From Acidobacteriota bacterium (GTDB lineage Bacteria > Acidobacteriota > UBA890 > WLXD01): 64,000 bases of DNA. Below are positions 49,066 to 59,529 of the stretch, in pieces (the stretch's first letter is position 1; each line of letters begins with the position of its first letter). The stretch lies in assembly GCA_965248695.1 (NCBI GenBank), contig CBDFKD010000002.1:3264001-3328000 (forward strand), read 5' to 3'. Below the pieces are notes generated by a model that ran no database searches, was not told the DNA's origin, and saw only the letters and a list, made by a program, of their open reading frames with translations. A program made the position numbers and the translations under genes.

Positions 49066-51733
49066 TTCCTCTGACCGTGACCTTCCCCTCGGCTGTTTCA
49101 GCCGCCGCCGCGACGACGACTGTATAGTCTCCCGGCCCGGCCAGCGGCGGCCCGAAGCGCGGCCGATTGTCGTCAGTCTCGTCCACGGCCAGATCCCACG
49201 TCGCGGCGTTGAGACCCACCTGGCCGGTGCCCTCCAACGTGCGCACGACATCGCCCTCGGCGTCGAGCACAGTGATCTCGACTTCATCGCTCGTCGAAGC
49301 TAGCCAGTAGTGCATCGTGACCCGCGGCCGGCTGCCGCCACCACCGAAGCCGAATCCACGGCGCGCCAGGGTCACGGCCTCGATGTCGAACAGGTGTAGC
49401 GGCTGCTCACGAACTTCGGCGGTCAGTTGCTGGACAGGTCGCAGATCGAGAGCCCACATGCCCCGCCCGTGGGTAGCGACGACGAGCAGATCGTCGCGCG
49501 GGTGGATGATCATGTCCTGTACGAACGTGTGCGGAATGCCGCCCGGTAGGGCATACCACCCGGAGCCGCCGTCGAGGCTGACGTACACGCCCGTATCGGT
49601 GCCAACGTAGAGCATGCCCTCGACGTTCGGGTCCTCCTTGACGACATTGATCGGCCCGCCCGGGATCCCTGCGGCGAGGTCCTGCCACGTAGCCCCGCGG
49701 TCGGTCGACTTCCAGAGATAGGCGGCGAAATCATCGTCGCGCTTACCGTTCTGCGTCATGTAGACGCTATCGACATCGTACTTGGAGGCCACGATCTCGG
49801 CGATCACCTTGCCGCGCGGCAGCTCGCCGGTGATCTCGGCCCAGCCAGACCCCGCCTCGGACGTCCAAACGCGTCCGTCGTCCGTACCGACGTACAGCAG
49901 ACCGAACTGCAACGGCGACTCTGATATCGAATAAATCGTCTGGTACGGGATGTCACCGATCTTGTCGACCTCGTTGTAGGTCAGATCTTCGCTGATGCGT
50001 TCCCAGGACTCACCGCGATTCATCGAGCGGTACAGGAAGTTCATGCCGTGGTAAATGACCCGCGGGTTGTGCGGCGAGATGATGAACGGTGCGATCCATT
50101 GCCCACGGAGTGGCGGCTCGCCTTCCTCCGGCTGCGGCACGAGCTGCTCACGATCCCCCGAGGCAATGTCGGCGCGGAAGATGCTGCCGTAGAAGCCGGC
50201 GGCGTAGACCACGTCAGGGTCGGTGGGGTCGACGACGTGGGTCGATCCTTCGCCTCCCGGCGCATCCTCGAACTCGACCGCCGGAATGTTGTTGCGCCCG
50301 CGACTGAGGTCGACGGTGGCGCGCCGCGAGCCGTGATCCTGGATCGATCCGTACACCCGGAAGGGCTCGTCCATGTCGTGGCCGACGTTGAAGAACTGCA
50401 CCAGCGGCATGTTGTTCTCGAACGTGCGCCAGTTGTCGCCGGCATCGTAGGAGATCGCCAAGCCGCCATCGTTGACGTTGACGAGATAGTCGGGATTGTC
50501 CGGGTCGATCCACAGGCCGTGATGGTCGCCGTGCATCCCCTCGAGACGACGGAACGTGCGCCCGGCGTCATCGGAAACGTTCAACCTCAGCCCCATCACG
50601 TAGATGCGGTCCTCGTCGGCAGGATCGACGCGGATCTGGCCAAACACCCATCCGTAGGTCCCACCGAGTCCCTGCATGTAGTCGTTGTGCTCCGAGGTCT
50701 GCCGCCAGCTCTCACCGCCATCGTCGGAGCGGAAGACGGTGGCGCCGCGGATCACCGGCGCGCGCGGCCGGCCGTAGGCGTCGGTCTCGTCCTCGTCGGG
50801 CATGCGGGCAACTTCGTAGTTGTCTACGAAGGCGTACACCACATCGGGGTTCGACGCCGCGACGTCGATGCCGATGCGTCCGCGGTGGGCAGGAGCGGGC
50901 AGCCCCTCGTTGATCTGTCGCCAGTTGGCCCCGGCGTCGGTGCTCTTCCACACCCCGGACCCGTCGGTGTCGGGGGTGTTGCGCGGATCGTTCCATTTCT
51001 TGCGAACGCGCTCCCAGGTCGAGACGTATAGCGTGTCGGGATCGCCAGGATCTACCGCCAGATCGATGGCACCGGTGCGATCGTTGATGAACAGCACCAG
51101 CTCCCAGGTCGCACCGCCGTCGGTGGTCTTGTAAACGCCGCGTTCCGGGCTATCGGTCCACTCCCGACCCGAGGCCGCGGCATAGACAATGTCCGGGTTG
51201 GTCGGATGGACAACGATGCGCGGCACCGTATTCGTCGCCGCCAGCCCCATGTGCTCCCAGGTGTCGCCACCATCGATGGACTTGTAGACTCCCGCACCCG
51301 CCATCGAGCTACGGAAGATGTTGGCCTCCCCGGTTCCGATCCAGACGATGTTCTGGTCCGACGGCGCGATCGTGACGTCGCCGATCGAAGTCGACACGCC
51401 GTGCTCGAACACCGGCTCCCACGACACGCCCTCGTTACGGCTGCGCCAGACACCGCCCGAAGCGCCCGCCACGAACATCGTGTAGCTCTGCCCGCGCGGC
51501 GTGACCACCGCCACATCGGTCATGCGGCCGCTGACATTCGTGGGCCCGAGAAACTGCCAGCGAAGGCCCTTGAAGAGCGACGCTTCTGCCATCCGGACAT
51601 GCTCGTCATGGGCGGCGAAGCGCGCTTCCGGCGGTGTGGGGCCGGTTGCCTGCTGCCCGGCAGCCGACGGGACAATTGCCAGCGACACTGCCAGGGCGAC
51701 GAGTGAGAGACGATGGCTGGGAGCGATGGTCAC
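49046..51733 (-). CDS. VPS10/sortilin-like BNR-repeat secreted protein
   Basis: GPTNVSGRM, GTGEAN, Asp-boxes, HGDHH, GSIQD, GTDDG, ATHGRG, C-terminal Ig-like domain. Confidence 0.9.
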   Translation of the reverse strand: MTIAPSHRLSLVALAVSLAIVPSAAGQQATGPTPPEARFAAHDEHVRMAEASLFKGLRWQFLGPTNVSGRMTDVAVVTPRGQSYTMFVAGASGGVWRSRNEGVSWEPVFEHGVSTSIGDVTIAPSDQNIVWIGTGEANIFRSSMAGAGVYKSIDGGDTWEHMGLAATNTVPRIVVHPTNPDIVYAAASGREWTDSPERGVYKTTDGGATWELVLFINDRTGAIDLAVDPGDPDTLYVSTWERVRKKWNDPRNTPDTDGSGVWKSTDAGANWRQINEGLPAPAHRGRIGIDVAASNPDVVYAFVDNYEVARMPDEDETDAYGRPRAPVIRGATVFRSDDGGESWRQTSEHNDYMQGLGGTYGWVFGQIRVDPADEDRIYVMGLRLNVSDDAGRTFRRLEGMHGDHHGLWIDPDNPDYLVNVNDGGLAISYDAGDNWRTFENNMPLVQFFNVGHDMDEPFRVYGSIQDHGSRRATVDLSRGRNNIPAVEFEDAPGGEGSTHVVDPTDPDVVYAAGFYGSIFRADIASGDREQLVPQPEEGEPPLRGQWIAPFIISPHNPRVIYHGMNFLYRSMNRGESWERISEDLTYNEVDKIGDIPYQTIYSISESPLQFGLLYVGTDDGRVWTSEAGSGWAEITGELPRGKVIAEIVASKYDVDSVYMTQNGKRDDDFAAYLWKSTDRGATWQDLAAGIPGGPINVVKEDPNVEGMLYVGTDTGVYVSLDGGSGWYALPGGIPHTFVQDMIIHPRDDLLVVATHGRGMWALDLRPVQQLTAEVREQPLHLFDIEAVTLARRGFGFGGGGSRPRVTMHYWLASTSDEVEITVLDAEGDVVRTLEGTGQVGLNAATWDLAVDETDDNRPRFGPPLAGPGDYTVVVAAAAETAEGKVTVRGSGGGRR

Positions 51734-51774
51734 GGCGATTTCTCCGAATTGGTGGTCCCGTTCAGAAGCCCTGC

Positions 51775-52608
51775 CTAGCGAGGACTCGGTGGGCGTGCGG
51801 CGTTCCATTGCTGCAGCACCCAGCTGACGCCCTGCTGCAAGGCCGGCACGTAGCCGGCCGACTGGTAGTGCCCGATACCCTCCAGCGGAAGGAACCGGAC
51901 GGGGGCGCCGCGATCGGCAAGCGACGAGACTGCGGCCTCGGCTCGCGCGAACGGGATCAGCTCGTCGTCGCGACTGTTGACGACGAACAGCGGCACTCGC
52001 ATCAGGCCATCGAGCCACGGCGCCGAACCTTCTGTCACGGCGGCGAGGAATGCGTCCGGGTCGGCGCGTGATCTGCCCTCATGATCGACGACCGGCACGG
52101 AGGCGATCGCGATCGCGGCATCGAACACTTCAGGATGGTTGGCGGCGAAGAACCAGGTACCCATACCACCCAGACTGAATCCCGTCACCAGGATGCGGTC
52201 GGCATCGATCGGATAGTCGCGCAGCAGGGTGTCGATCAGATCCAGCACAGCGGCTTCGCTGCGTGGGTGATTCCACGATCCCTCGGGACAGTTCGGGGCA
52301 ACGAGAATCGCCCGCATCGAGCTCACCCCCGACTCTACCAAGATTCGCATGAAGTCGCGCCCGAGCCGCTTCGGCTGCTCCCCCCGCCAGCCGTAGTGGA
52401 GTCCCACAATCAGCGGCAGTGACTCGTTCGCTCCAACGTCCGCCGGCGCCGCGACGGCGTAGTGCAACTCGGTGCCGTCGGCGAGCGCCAGATCTAGCTC
52501 TTGAATCGCGACACGCTGGAGCACGACAGATCTCGCTGCGAGGCTGAGAGACGACACGGCGGCGAGCAACACCAGCGCGAACGTCAGTTTGGCAGATGCT
52601 GCACGCAT
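51775..52608 (-). CDS. Secreted alpha/beta hydrolase (esterase/peptidase-like)
   Basis: Signal peptide; PLIVGLH, YPIDADRILVTGFSLGG.GTW, DELIP, GIGH. Confidence 0.85.
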   Translation of the reverse strand: MRAASAKLTFALVLLAAVSSLSLAARSVVLQRVAIQELDLALADGTELHYAVAAPADVGANESLPLIVGLHYGWRGEQPKRLGRDFMRILVESGVSSMRAILVAPNCPEGSWNHPRSEAAVLDLIDTLLRDYPIDADRILVTGFSLGGMGTWFFAANHPEVFDAAIAIASVPVVDHEGRSRADPDAFLAAVTEGSAPWLDGLMRVPLFVVNSRDDELIPFARAEAAVSSLADRGAPVRFLPLEGIGHYQSAGYVPALQQGVSWVLQQWNAARPPSPR

Positions 52609-52777
52609 ACCGAGCCTCGGGCAGGAATCGCTCGGCGGAGTTTCGCACGGCGGGGCGGCACGCGATATCCCGTCCGCGGCGTACCGAATCAACGCTCCGG
52701 TTCCGCAGCGGGGCTCCTCCGGACGGTAGGATGCGTCTGGCTGGAGCCGACCGAACTCAACCGACCGGAGCACGACC

Positions 52778-54277
52778 ATGCGACGCATGACCCTGTGGAT
52801 GATGCTGTTGAGCCTTCTACTACCAGCCAGTGCCTGGCCGCAGGCGGTTGGCGAGGAAATACCACAAGTGGAGAGCGATTCAGGCCGGACTGCCGACAGC
52901 CGCAAGCTGGCGAATGCCCTGCGCCTGCTCGAGACGTGGATCGAGGCTGAGCTCGCCTACAAGCGGATCCCGGGCATGTCGGCGGCGATCGTCCACGACC
53001 AGGAGGTCGTCTGGGCGCACGGCTTCGGTTTCGCGGACCTCGAGAGCAGGACGCCAGCCACGCCGCAGACCATCTACAGCATTTGCTCGATCTCGAAGCT
53101 GTTCACCAGCATCGCGGTGATGCAGCAGCGCGATGCCGGCAAGCTGCGCCTCGACGACGCAATCGGTGACCACTTGCCGTGGTTCAACATCGAGGAAGCG
53201 CACGCCGACTCCGGGCGAGCCACTTTGCGGGGGACGCTGACGCATTCGGCGGGGCTACCGCGTGAGTCAGCCCACCCTTACTGGACAGGCCCGGAGTTTC
53301 TGTTTCCCACCCGCGATCAGATCATGGCGGGTGTGGCCGGGCAGCAGACGTTGTATCCGGCCGACACGTATTTCCAGTACTCGAACCTCGGTTTGACGCT
53401 CGCCGGCGAGACCGTTGCCGCAGTGTCGGCGCAGCCGTACGCCGAATACATCCAGCAACACATCTTGAACCCGTTGGGCATGAGCTCGACCACCACGGAG
53501 ATCCCTGCCGACCAGGCCGGTGGCCGCCTGGCCATTGGCTACGGGCCAACGCCACGGGAAGGGGCCCGCCCGCGACTCCCTGTGTTCCAGGCACGCGGCA
53601 TCGTGCCCGCCGCCGGCTTCGCCTCAACCGTCGAGGACCTGGCGAAGTTCGCCTCCTGGCAGTTCCGCCTCCTCGCCTCCGGCGACGACGAGATACTGGA
53701 TGCCAATACGCTCCGGGAGATGCATCGAGTGCATTGGGTCGACGCCGACTGGAGCACGCACTGGGGCCTCGGTTTCGCTGTGTCTCGCCGCGACGACGCG
53801 ACGTTTGTCGGCCACGGCGGCTCCTGTCCCGGATTCCGTAGCACCGTGACGCTACAGACGTCCGACCGAGTGGCGATCACCGTGATGGCCAACGCCATGG
53901 GCGTGAATCCCGGTCAGGTGGCCCAACGCGCCTACGAGCTCGTCGCGCCGGCGCTCATAGCCGCCGCCGCCGGCGACGACGACACGACCGACGCGTCCGT
54001 CACCGACGACGCCGATCTCGAGCGCTACCTCGGTCTGTATCGTTCCTACTGGGGCGAGAGCGCGATCGTGCGCTGGGAGGATGGCCTGGCCGCCGTGGGG
54101 CTACCCACCGAAGATCCCCTTGGCAACCTCACCAAGCTCGAACATGTCGACGGACACACCTTCCGGCGGTTGCGCGACAATGGCCAGCCGGGAGAGGACT
54201 GGGTGTTCGTGGTCAACGGGAACGGCGACGTGACGCGCTTGCAGCAGCACGGGAACTACTCGGAAAAGGTGCGCTAG
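52778..54277 (+). CDS. Serine hydrolase (class C beta-lactamase-like) with C-terminal domain
   Basis: SISK (SXXK), LTHSAGL, YSN, GHGG; signal peptide. Confidence 0.93.
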   Translation: MRRMTLWMMLLSLLLPASAWPQAVGEEIPQVESDSGRTADSRKLANALRLLETWIEAELAYKRIPGMSAAIVHDQEVVWAHGFGFADLESRTPATPQTIYSICSISKLFTSIAVMQQRDAGKLRLDDAIGDHLPWFNIEEAHADSGRATLRGTLTHSAGLPRESAHPYWTGPEFLFPTRDQIMAGVAGQQTLYPADTYFQYSNLGLTLAGETVAAVSAQPYAEYIQQHILNPLGMSSTTTEIPADQAGGRLAIGYGPTPREGARPRLPVFQARGIVPAAGFASTVEDLAKFASWQFRLLASGDDEILDANTLREMHRVHWVDADWSTHWGLGFAVSRRDDATFVGHGGSCPGFRSTVTLQTSDRVAITVMANAMGVNPGQVAQRAYELVAPALIAAAAGDDDTTDASVTDDADLERYLGLYRSYWGESAIVRWEDGLAAVGLPTEDPLGNLTKLEHVDGHTFRRLRDNGQPGEDWVFVVNGNGDVTRLQQHGNYSEKVR

Positions 54278-54336
54278 CTCGCCGCCGACTCTCTCTGAGT
54301 CCGTGGGCGAACGTCTCGACGACCGGCCCGTTCACA

Positions 54337-55569
54337 TCACTCGTAGCGCAACGCCTCGATCGGGTCGAGCTGCGCGGCGCGCGTAGCCGGGTAGATCCCA
54401 GACACCAGGCCAGCAGCCATCGACACGCTGGTCGACAGCACGATCGACGACGCCGTGACCACCGTCTCCCAGCCGGCCGAGGCGGCGACTACCCTGGCGA
54501 TGATGATCCCCATCGCCACGCCGGCGGCACCACCAAGCACGCTGATGGCGAACGCTTCGATCATGAACTGCGCGCGGATTTCCTGTCGGCGGGCGCCGAC
54601 TGCCCGTCGGATGCCGATCTCACGGGTGCGCTCGAGCACGGTGGCAAGCATGATGTTGGTGATGCCGATGCCGCCGACGAGCAACGAGATACCGGCGATG
54701 CAGCCCATGACGATGTTGAACAGGCGCTGAGTCTGCCGGCTCTGATCCAGCAGTGCCTCCGGGATCACCAGCTCGAAGTCATCCTCGCCGCCGTGGATAC
54801 GCTCGAGCAGTCGCCGGATGGCGATAGCGCTCGCCTGTGGCGACACCTCCTCGCCGAGGCGCACGACGATCTCGTCGATCGGGGCGCTGAGGGGCTCGCG
54901 ATCGAATTTGCGAATAGCGGTGGTGACCGGGACGTAGATTTCCGATGCGGTGGTGCCGATATCCACTCCTTCGAAGGATCCGGCACCGTTGACCTCTTCC
55001 AGTATCCCGATTACCTCGAACCACACGTCGTTGATCTTTAGCTGATTACCGAGCGCCGTCTGTACGCCGTACAGGTCGCGTCGGATACCGGCGCCGATCA
55101 CCGCGACCTGCGCGTGGCGCTCCTCGTCGAGACGATCCAAGAACCGTCCTTCGCTGACGCGCAGCCCGGATAGCTCCGCCTGCCGATACGAAACGCCGAT
55201 GACGCTCCCCTCGGTACGCGATTCGACCGCCATGATCTTGTAGGCGTCGATCTCCACCCGCGGCACCGCCAGTTCAACGCCCGGGATGCTGTCGCGGATT
55301 ACGCTCGCGTCGCGCAGTGATACTCCAAGCGACGTCTGGCGGATCTCGTTGAGCTCGTTGTCGCTGCGATCCACGTCGCGCACGAGCACGTTCCGCAGAC
55401 CCATACGGTCGATGATCTCCATCGCCTGTAGCTCGGCGCCAGCGCCGATCGACAGCATCGCGATCACCGCACCGACGCCGAAAATCATGCCGAGCATCGT
55501 CAGCAGCGAGCGTAGCTTGTGGGTCGCCAGGTTGGTGAGCGCGCTGAGCAGCGCCTCGGCAACGCTCAA
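54337..55569 (-). CDS. MacB/FtsX-type ABC transporter permease
   Basis: LRSLLTMLGMIFGVGAVIAM, GGIGITNIML..V.ERTREIGIRRAVGA, LDPIEALRYE. Confidence 0.95.
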   Translation of the reverse strand: MSVAEALLSALTNLATHKLRSLLTMLGMIFGVGAVIAMLSIGAGAELQAMEIIDRMGLRNVLVRDVDRSDNELNEIRQTSLGVSLRDASVIRDSIPGVELAVPRVEIDAYKIMAVESRTEGSVIGVSYRQAELSGLRVSEGRFLDRLDEERHAQVAVIGAGIRRDLYGVQTALGNQLKINDVWFEVIGILEEVNGAGSFEGVDIGTTASEIYVPVTTAIRKFDREPLSAPIDEIVVRLGEEVSPQASAIAIRRLLERIHGGEDDFELVIPEALLDQSRQTQRLFNIVMGCIAGISLLVGGIGITNIMLATVLERTREIGIRRAVGARRQEIRAQFMIEAFAISVLGGAAGVAMGIIIARVVAASAGWETVVTASSIVLSTSVSMAAGLVSGIYPATRAAQLDPIEALRYE

Positions 55570-56849
55570 GGCACCGTGCCGCCGCCGAGAAGTCCCGGAG
55601 CGTCGGCCTCGGCACCATCTCTTGCTACTGCCGCGCGCGACGGATCCTCGAGCGCTACGACCTCGCCCGCCTCGATCCCCGAGTCCACCACCACGCGCCC
55701 CAACGCCGCCGAGCCCAGCTGAACAGGTGCCACGTCGTAGCCGTTGCCGGAGCGCCTATAGACGAACGGGTTGCCATCGTCATCCTGGAAGATGGCCTCG
55801 CGCGGCACTGCGATGACGTCGTCCAGGTCGTGCAACAGCAGCGTCGCCCGTACGCGCTGGCCGGGTTTCATCTTTGTCGGGTCGGTACGCGTCAGCTCGA
55901 GGTCGACATCGAAATACTGCACCGGCGACCATCGCGTGCGTCGCTTGGCGACCGCGGCCACCACCCTCACGGAGGCTTCCACCGTCTCGCCTGGATGCGA
56001 ATCGAGCACAACCGTCGCCTGGGTGCCCACCTCCACGCCGCCGGCGTCTGCCTCGAGCACGAAGACCTGAGCCTTCATAACCTCCAGCTGGGGGATCTCG
56101 GCAATCGGCTGCCCCGGAAAGGCCATCTGGCCGATCGACGGCACATCGCCCATCCAGTTGCGCTGTAGTACGAAGATCCCGGCGTGCGGTGCCCTTACCT
56201 CGAGCTCACTGAGCCCGGCCTCCGCCTTCTGAATCGTCAGCTCTGCCTTGCGACGCTCGATCGCCAACAGGTCCAGCTCCACCTCGCCGAGCGCGGCACG
56301 GATGTCCTGCGCGTCCTCGGCGTGCTGCATGCGAGTCGTCGCCAGCGCCTCGTCGATCTGAGCTTCGAGAATCTCCTTGCTCGAATAGATCTCCGCGTCG
56401 GTGCTCTGGAAATCCTGCGCATGCTCGAGCTGTAACGATGCCAGCGAGGCATCGCGCCCCAGATTCTCCAGCTGGGTGCTCTGCTGGATGCTCGTCTGCT
56501 CCGTCCGGTTGGTGGCCTTGTCGCGCTCCGACTGGCCGTCGAAGAGCTCCTTCTCCATATCCGTCGGGTCGAAGCGGATCACCACCTCGTTCGCCTCGAC
56601 TCGCGAGCCGTCGCGCGCGTTCCAGGCGATCTTCATGGGCTCTCTAGTTGCCGTCGGCACGGTAAGCGCGGTCGCCGTCTCGGCAACCAGAACGCCCTCG
56701 GCATCGATGCGATGCACGAACCGGCTACGCTCGACGCGATAGGTCGCCATCGGCTCGGGCTCGTTCCACGAACGCACCAGCGTCAGCCCACCGCCGGCAG
56801 CGATTACCAGCACGGCGGTGGCGGCGAGCCATCGTACGCGCGCGCTCAT
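55566..56849 (-). CDS. Efflux periplasmic adaptor (HlyD/MFP) 3
   Basis: N-terminal TM, coiled coil, VRAPHAG, MKPGQRV, VPREAI. Confidence 0.88.
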   Translation of the reverse strand: MSARVRWLAATAVLVIAAGGGLTLVRSWNEPEPMATYRVERSRFVHRIDAEGVLVAETATALTVPTATREPMKIAWNARDGSRVEANEVVIRFDPTDMEKELFDGQSERDKATNRTEQTSIQQSTQLENLGRDASLASLQLEHAQDFQSTDAEIYSSKEILEAQIDEALATTRMQHAEDAQDIRAALGEVELDLLAIERRKAELTIQKAEAGLSELEVRAPHAGIFVLQRNWMGDVPSIGQMAFPGQPIAEIPQLEVMKAQVFVLEADAGGVEVGTQATVVLDSHPGETVEASVRVVAAVAKRRTRWSPVQYFDVDLELTRTDPTKMKPGQRVRATLLLHDLDDVIAVPREAIFQDDDGNPFVYRRSGNGYDVAPVQLGSAALGRVVVDSGIEAGEVVALEDPSRAAVARDGAEADAPGLLGGGTVP

Positions 56850-58102
56850 GCTTCCGGCCGCGTCTCGGCGACCTGATCACCGGCTTCGAGACCGTTCAGT
56901 ACCTGCACCGCGAACGCGTTACGAGCGCCCAACTCGACGCGCACGCGCTCGTGTCCGAACATGGTCTGCCGATAGACCACCGGGCCGTCGTCAGACGGAA
57001 ACACCGCGTGCGCCGGAATCACCAACACTTCGACGATGCGCTCGGCCTCGACGGTGCCACGGAAGCGCATACCGGGGCGCATGCGCTCGGTATCGGTCTC
57101 GTCGAGCGCCAGGTCGAGTCGAACCACCTTCAAAGGGGAACGAGAGGCGCGCTTGCGCTGCACGGTCATCGCGATCGACTCGATGCGGGCGTCGTACTGT
57201 AGGTCGGGGTGGGCATCGAGTCGGAGCGTTACCGACTGTCCCTGCTGCACGCGACCCGCATCGGCTTCGTCCAGCTCTCCACGAGCCATCATCAGCTCGA
57301 GGTTCGGGACCTCGATGACACGCTCGTGCCGCCAGGTCGAATCACCCACCTTCTTCTTCTCGCCACGCCAGTTGGTCGAATAAATGACGGTTCCGGCGCG
57401 TGGTGACTTGACCGTCAGACTCTCGATCGCGGTCTCGGTCTCCGATACGAGCCGCACGGCCCGATCTCGTTGAGCTTCGAGCGCCTGCCGTTGGGCCGCG
57501 GCAGCCGTCTCGGCAGCAGCGAGTTGCCCCTGGAGGCTCACCACCTGAACCTCGGCAACCTCCACGTCGAGCTGATCGATCTCGGCCTGATTCGCCGAAC
57601 GTAGATCATCGGGCACATCGTTCTTCAGACGAGCCTTGCTCAGGGTGGCCTCGGCCTCGGCGTGTTGAAGCGCGAGCGTCATTAGCTGTTGCTTGGTGTC
57701 GGCGTCGAGCTTCTCGATGTTCTTGCCGGCCCCCTCCGCCTCGGCTTGAAGCTGCAGGAGACGCTGGTCCAGCTCCGATGTGTCGAACGCCAACACCGGG
57801 GCGCCGAGCTCAGCCTCGGTTCCCTCGGGCGCCATGAAGCGGATCGTGAAGTCGTAGACCCCCTCCACCTGGGGCGGCGTCAGCTGGCTCGAATCGCGGG
57901 ATGCGAGCGTCCCCTCGACGTCGACGCCGATCACCAGATCATCGATGCGGGCGACCGCCCAGGAGACGTCAGAACCCGACGCGAAGGCTGCGGCAAGCCA
58001 CCAGCCCACGCTGAGGACGATGACGGCAACCAACGCAACGAGGCGAAGCGCGGCTCGCCGACGACTGCGACGAGCCACAACCTGGTGAGGGGGCGACGCC
58101 AT
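56846..58102 (-). CDS. Efflux periplasmic adaptor (HlyD/MFP) 2
   Basis: N-terminal TM, coiled coil, VKSPRAG, MRPGMRF, IPAHAV. Confidence 0.88.
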   Translation of the reverse strand: MASPPHQVVARRSRRRAALRLVALVAVIVLSVGWWLAAAFASGSDVSWAVARIDDLVIGVDVEGTLASRDSSQLTPPQVEGVYDFTIRFMAPEGTEAELGAPVLAFDTSELDQRLLQLQAEAEGAGKNIEKLDADTKQQLMTLALQHAEAEATLSKARLKNDVPDDLRSANQAEIDQLDVEVAEVQVVSLQGQLAAAETAAAAQRQALEAQRDRAVRLVSETETAIESLTVKSPRAGTVIYSTNWRGEKKKVGDSTWRHERVIEVPNLELMMARGELDEADAGRVQQGQSVTLRLDAHPDLQYDARIESIAMTVQRKRASRSPLKVVRLDLALDETDTERMRPGMRFRGTVEAERIVEVLVIPAHAVFPSDDGPVVYRQTMFGHERVRVELGARNAFAVQVLNGLEAGDQVAETRPEA

Positions 58103-59325
58103 CAGCGCAGGCCCACCCGGGTTCCGAGCGGTGGGCCCTCCTCGAGCACGCAGTCGTGCGAGTTGCAGGGGCCGAGCCGGACCGGCTGACGCTCGGAGTT
58201 GGCGAGGACGACGAAGACGCCCTCGTCGCCGAACTCCAGTGCCCGCCGCGACACCAGCGCGACCTGATCGCGCGCTGCCGTTTCGACCTCGACCTTAACC
58301 GACATGCCCGGACGCATGATCTCCGGGTCGGATTCATCGAGGTCGAGGTAGGCGAGGAAAAAGCGTTGCATCGACCGACGATCGGCGGTGTTGGCGACCG
58401 GGGCGATCTCGCGCACGACGCCGCCGATCGTGCGCTCAGGATAGGCATCGAGCGTGCATTGCACGCGCATGCCGGGCGTGACCTTGCCATCATCGACGTC
58501 GGACAACCGCGCTTCGACGATCATCTTCGACAAGTCGGGAATCTCCATTATGGTGCTGCTCACCCAGGCGGTGTCGCCGACCTGGAACTTGCGATCCTCG
58601 CGCCGATTCTCCAGCGCCACGGCGATACCTGACTGGGGTGCTCGCAGCACCATGGTATCGATTGCCCGGCGCGCCTCGGAAACCTCGCGCTCGCTCTTGG
58701 CAACATCGATCCGTAGCACCTCGAGCTCGGCCTGGGCGGCGTCCAGGTGCCCCTGCAGATCCGCCACGGCTTTCTCGTGACCGACCCGTGCTTGATCGTG
58801 GGCCAACTGCTTTTCCTGATAGGTCTTGCGCGTCTGGACGTCCTCGGGAACCTCTGCCTCGATCTCGGCCTTGCGCATCAGGACGCGGTTGCGCTCGACA
58901 TCGAACTCCTTCTGAGCTGTCTGTCCCTGGAGCTCGGCTTCGCGACCAACCAACGCGTTCAACGCGGTCTGGCGAGCGGTGATCTTGTTCTCCAGATCGC
59001 TGGCAATCTGCGCTGTGTCGAGCTCGACCAGGCGGTCCCCCTCAGCGACGAATGATCCATCCTCGACCATCCAGCGGATCGTCGTCTCCCAGTTCGGCAG
59101 CCGCGGCACCTGAATCTGCTCTCCATACGCCGCTCGCAGCTCACCGCTCATCAGCAACGTCTGATGAAATGACCCCTCGCGGACCACGTCTTCGGCAACC
59201 TCTTCACGCTCTGGAACCGTTGGGTCGGCAGAAGCAGAACGCTCGCCGGAGCAGCCTGCCAGCAGCGCCAACAACACGCCGCTGAACAGCGTTCCACGAA
59301 GCGTGACGTATCGGCGATCGCGCAT
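58102..59325 (-). CDS. Efflux periplasmic adaptor (HlyD/MFP) 1, lipoprotein
   Basis: LAGC lipobox, coiled coil, LRAPQSG, MRPGMSV. Confidence 0.88.
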   Translation of the reverse strand: MRDRRYVTLRGTLFSGVLLALLAGCSGERSASADPTVPEREEVAEDVVREGSFHQTLLMSGELRAAYGEQIQVPRLPNWETTIRWMVEDGSFVAEGDRLVELDTAQIASDLENKITARQTALNALVGREAELQGQTAQKEFDVERNRVLMRKAEIEAEVPEDVQTRKTYQEKQLAHDQARVGHEKAVADLQGHLDAAQAELEVLRIDVAKSEREVSEARRAIDTMVLRAPQSGIAVALENRREDRKFQVGDTAWVSSTIMEIPDLSKMIVEARLSDVDDGKVTPGMRVQCTLDAYPERTIGGVVREIAPVANTADRRSMQRFFLAYLDLDESDPEIMRPGMSVKVEVETAARDQVALVSRRALEFGDEGVFVVLANSERQPVRLGPCNSHDCVLEEGPPLGTRVGLR

Positions 59326-59529
59326 GGACGATTCGCGCTCCAGGGCCCTTGGGGGGAGCAGGCAGATTCATATTCTCTCTTATTGGACGCACGCGAATCA
59401 TCTTTCGATGGTGCGTTCCGTCGCTCGCGGCGGCAGAGTCCGAGAAACCGGTGCCGAAAAGAACTGCGAAAGCCCGGAATCGGTTCGCTATACTCGACCC
59501 AACCTGGTATTCGACCCAGCCTGCCAGGC

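Noticed and set aside
59491-59524. Two 17-bp imperfect tandem repeats (TACTCGACCCAACCTGG / TATTCGACCCAGCCTGC)
   Set aside because: Only two copies; could be chance or a small duplication.
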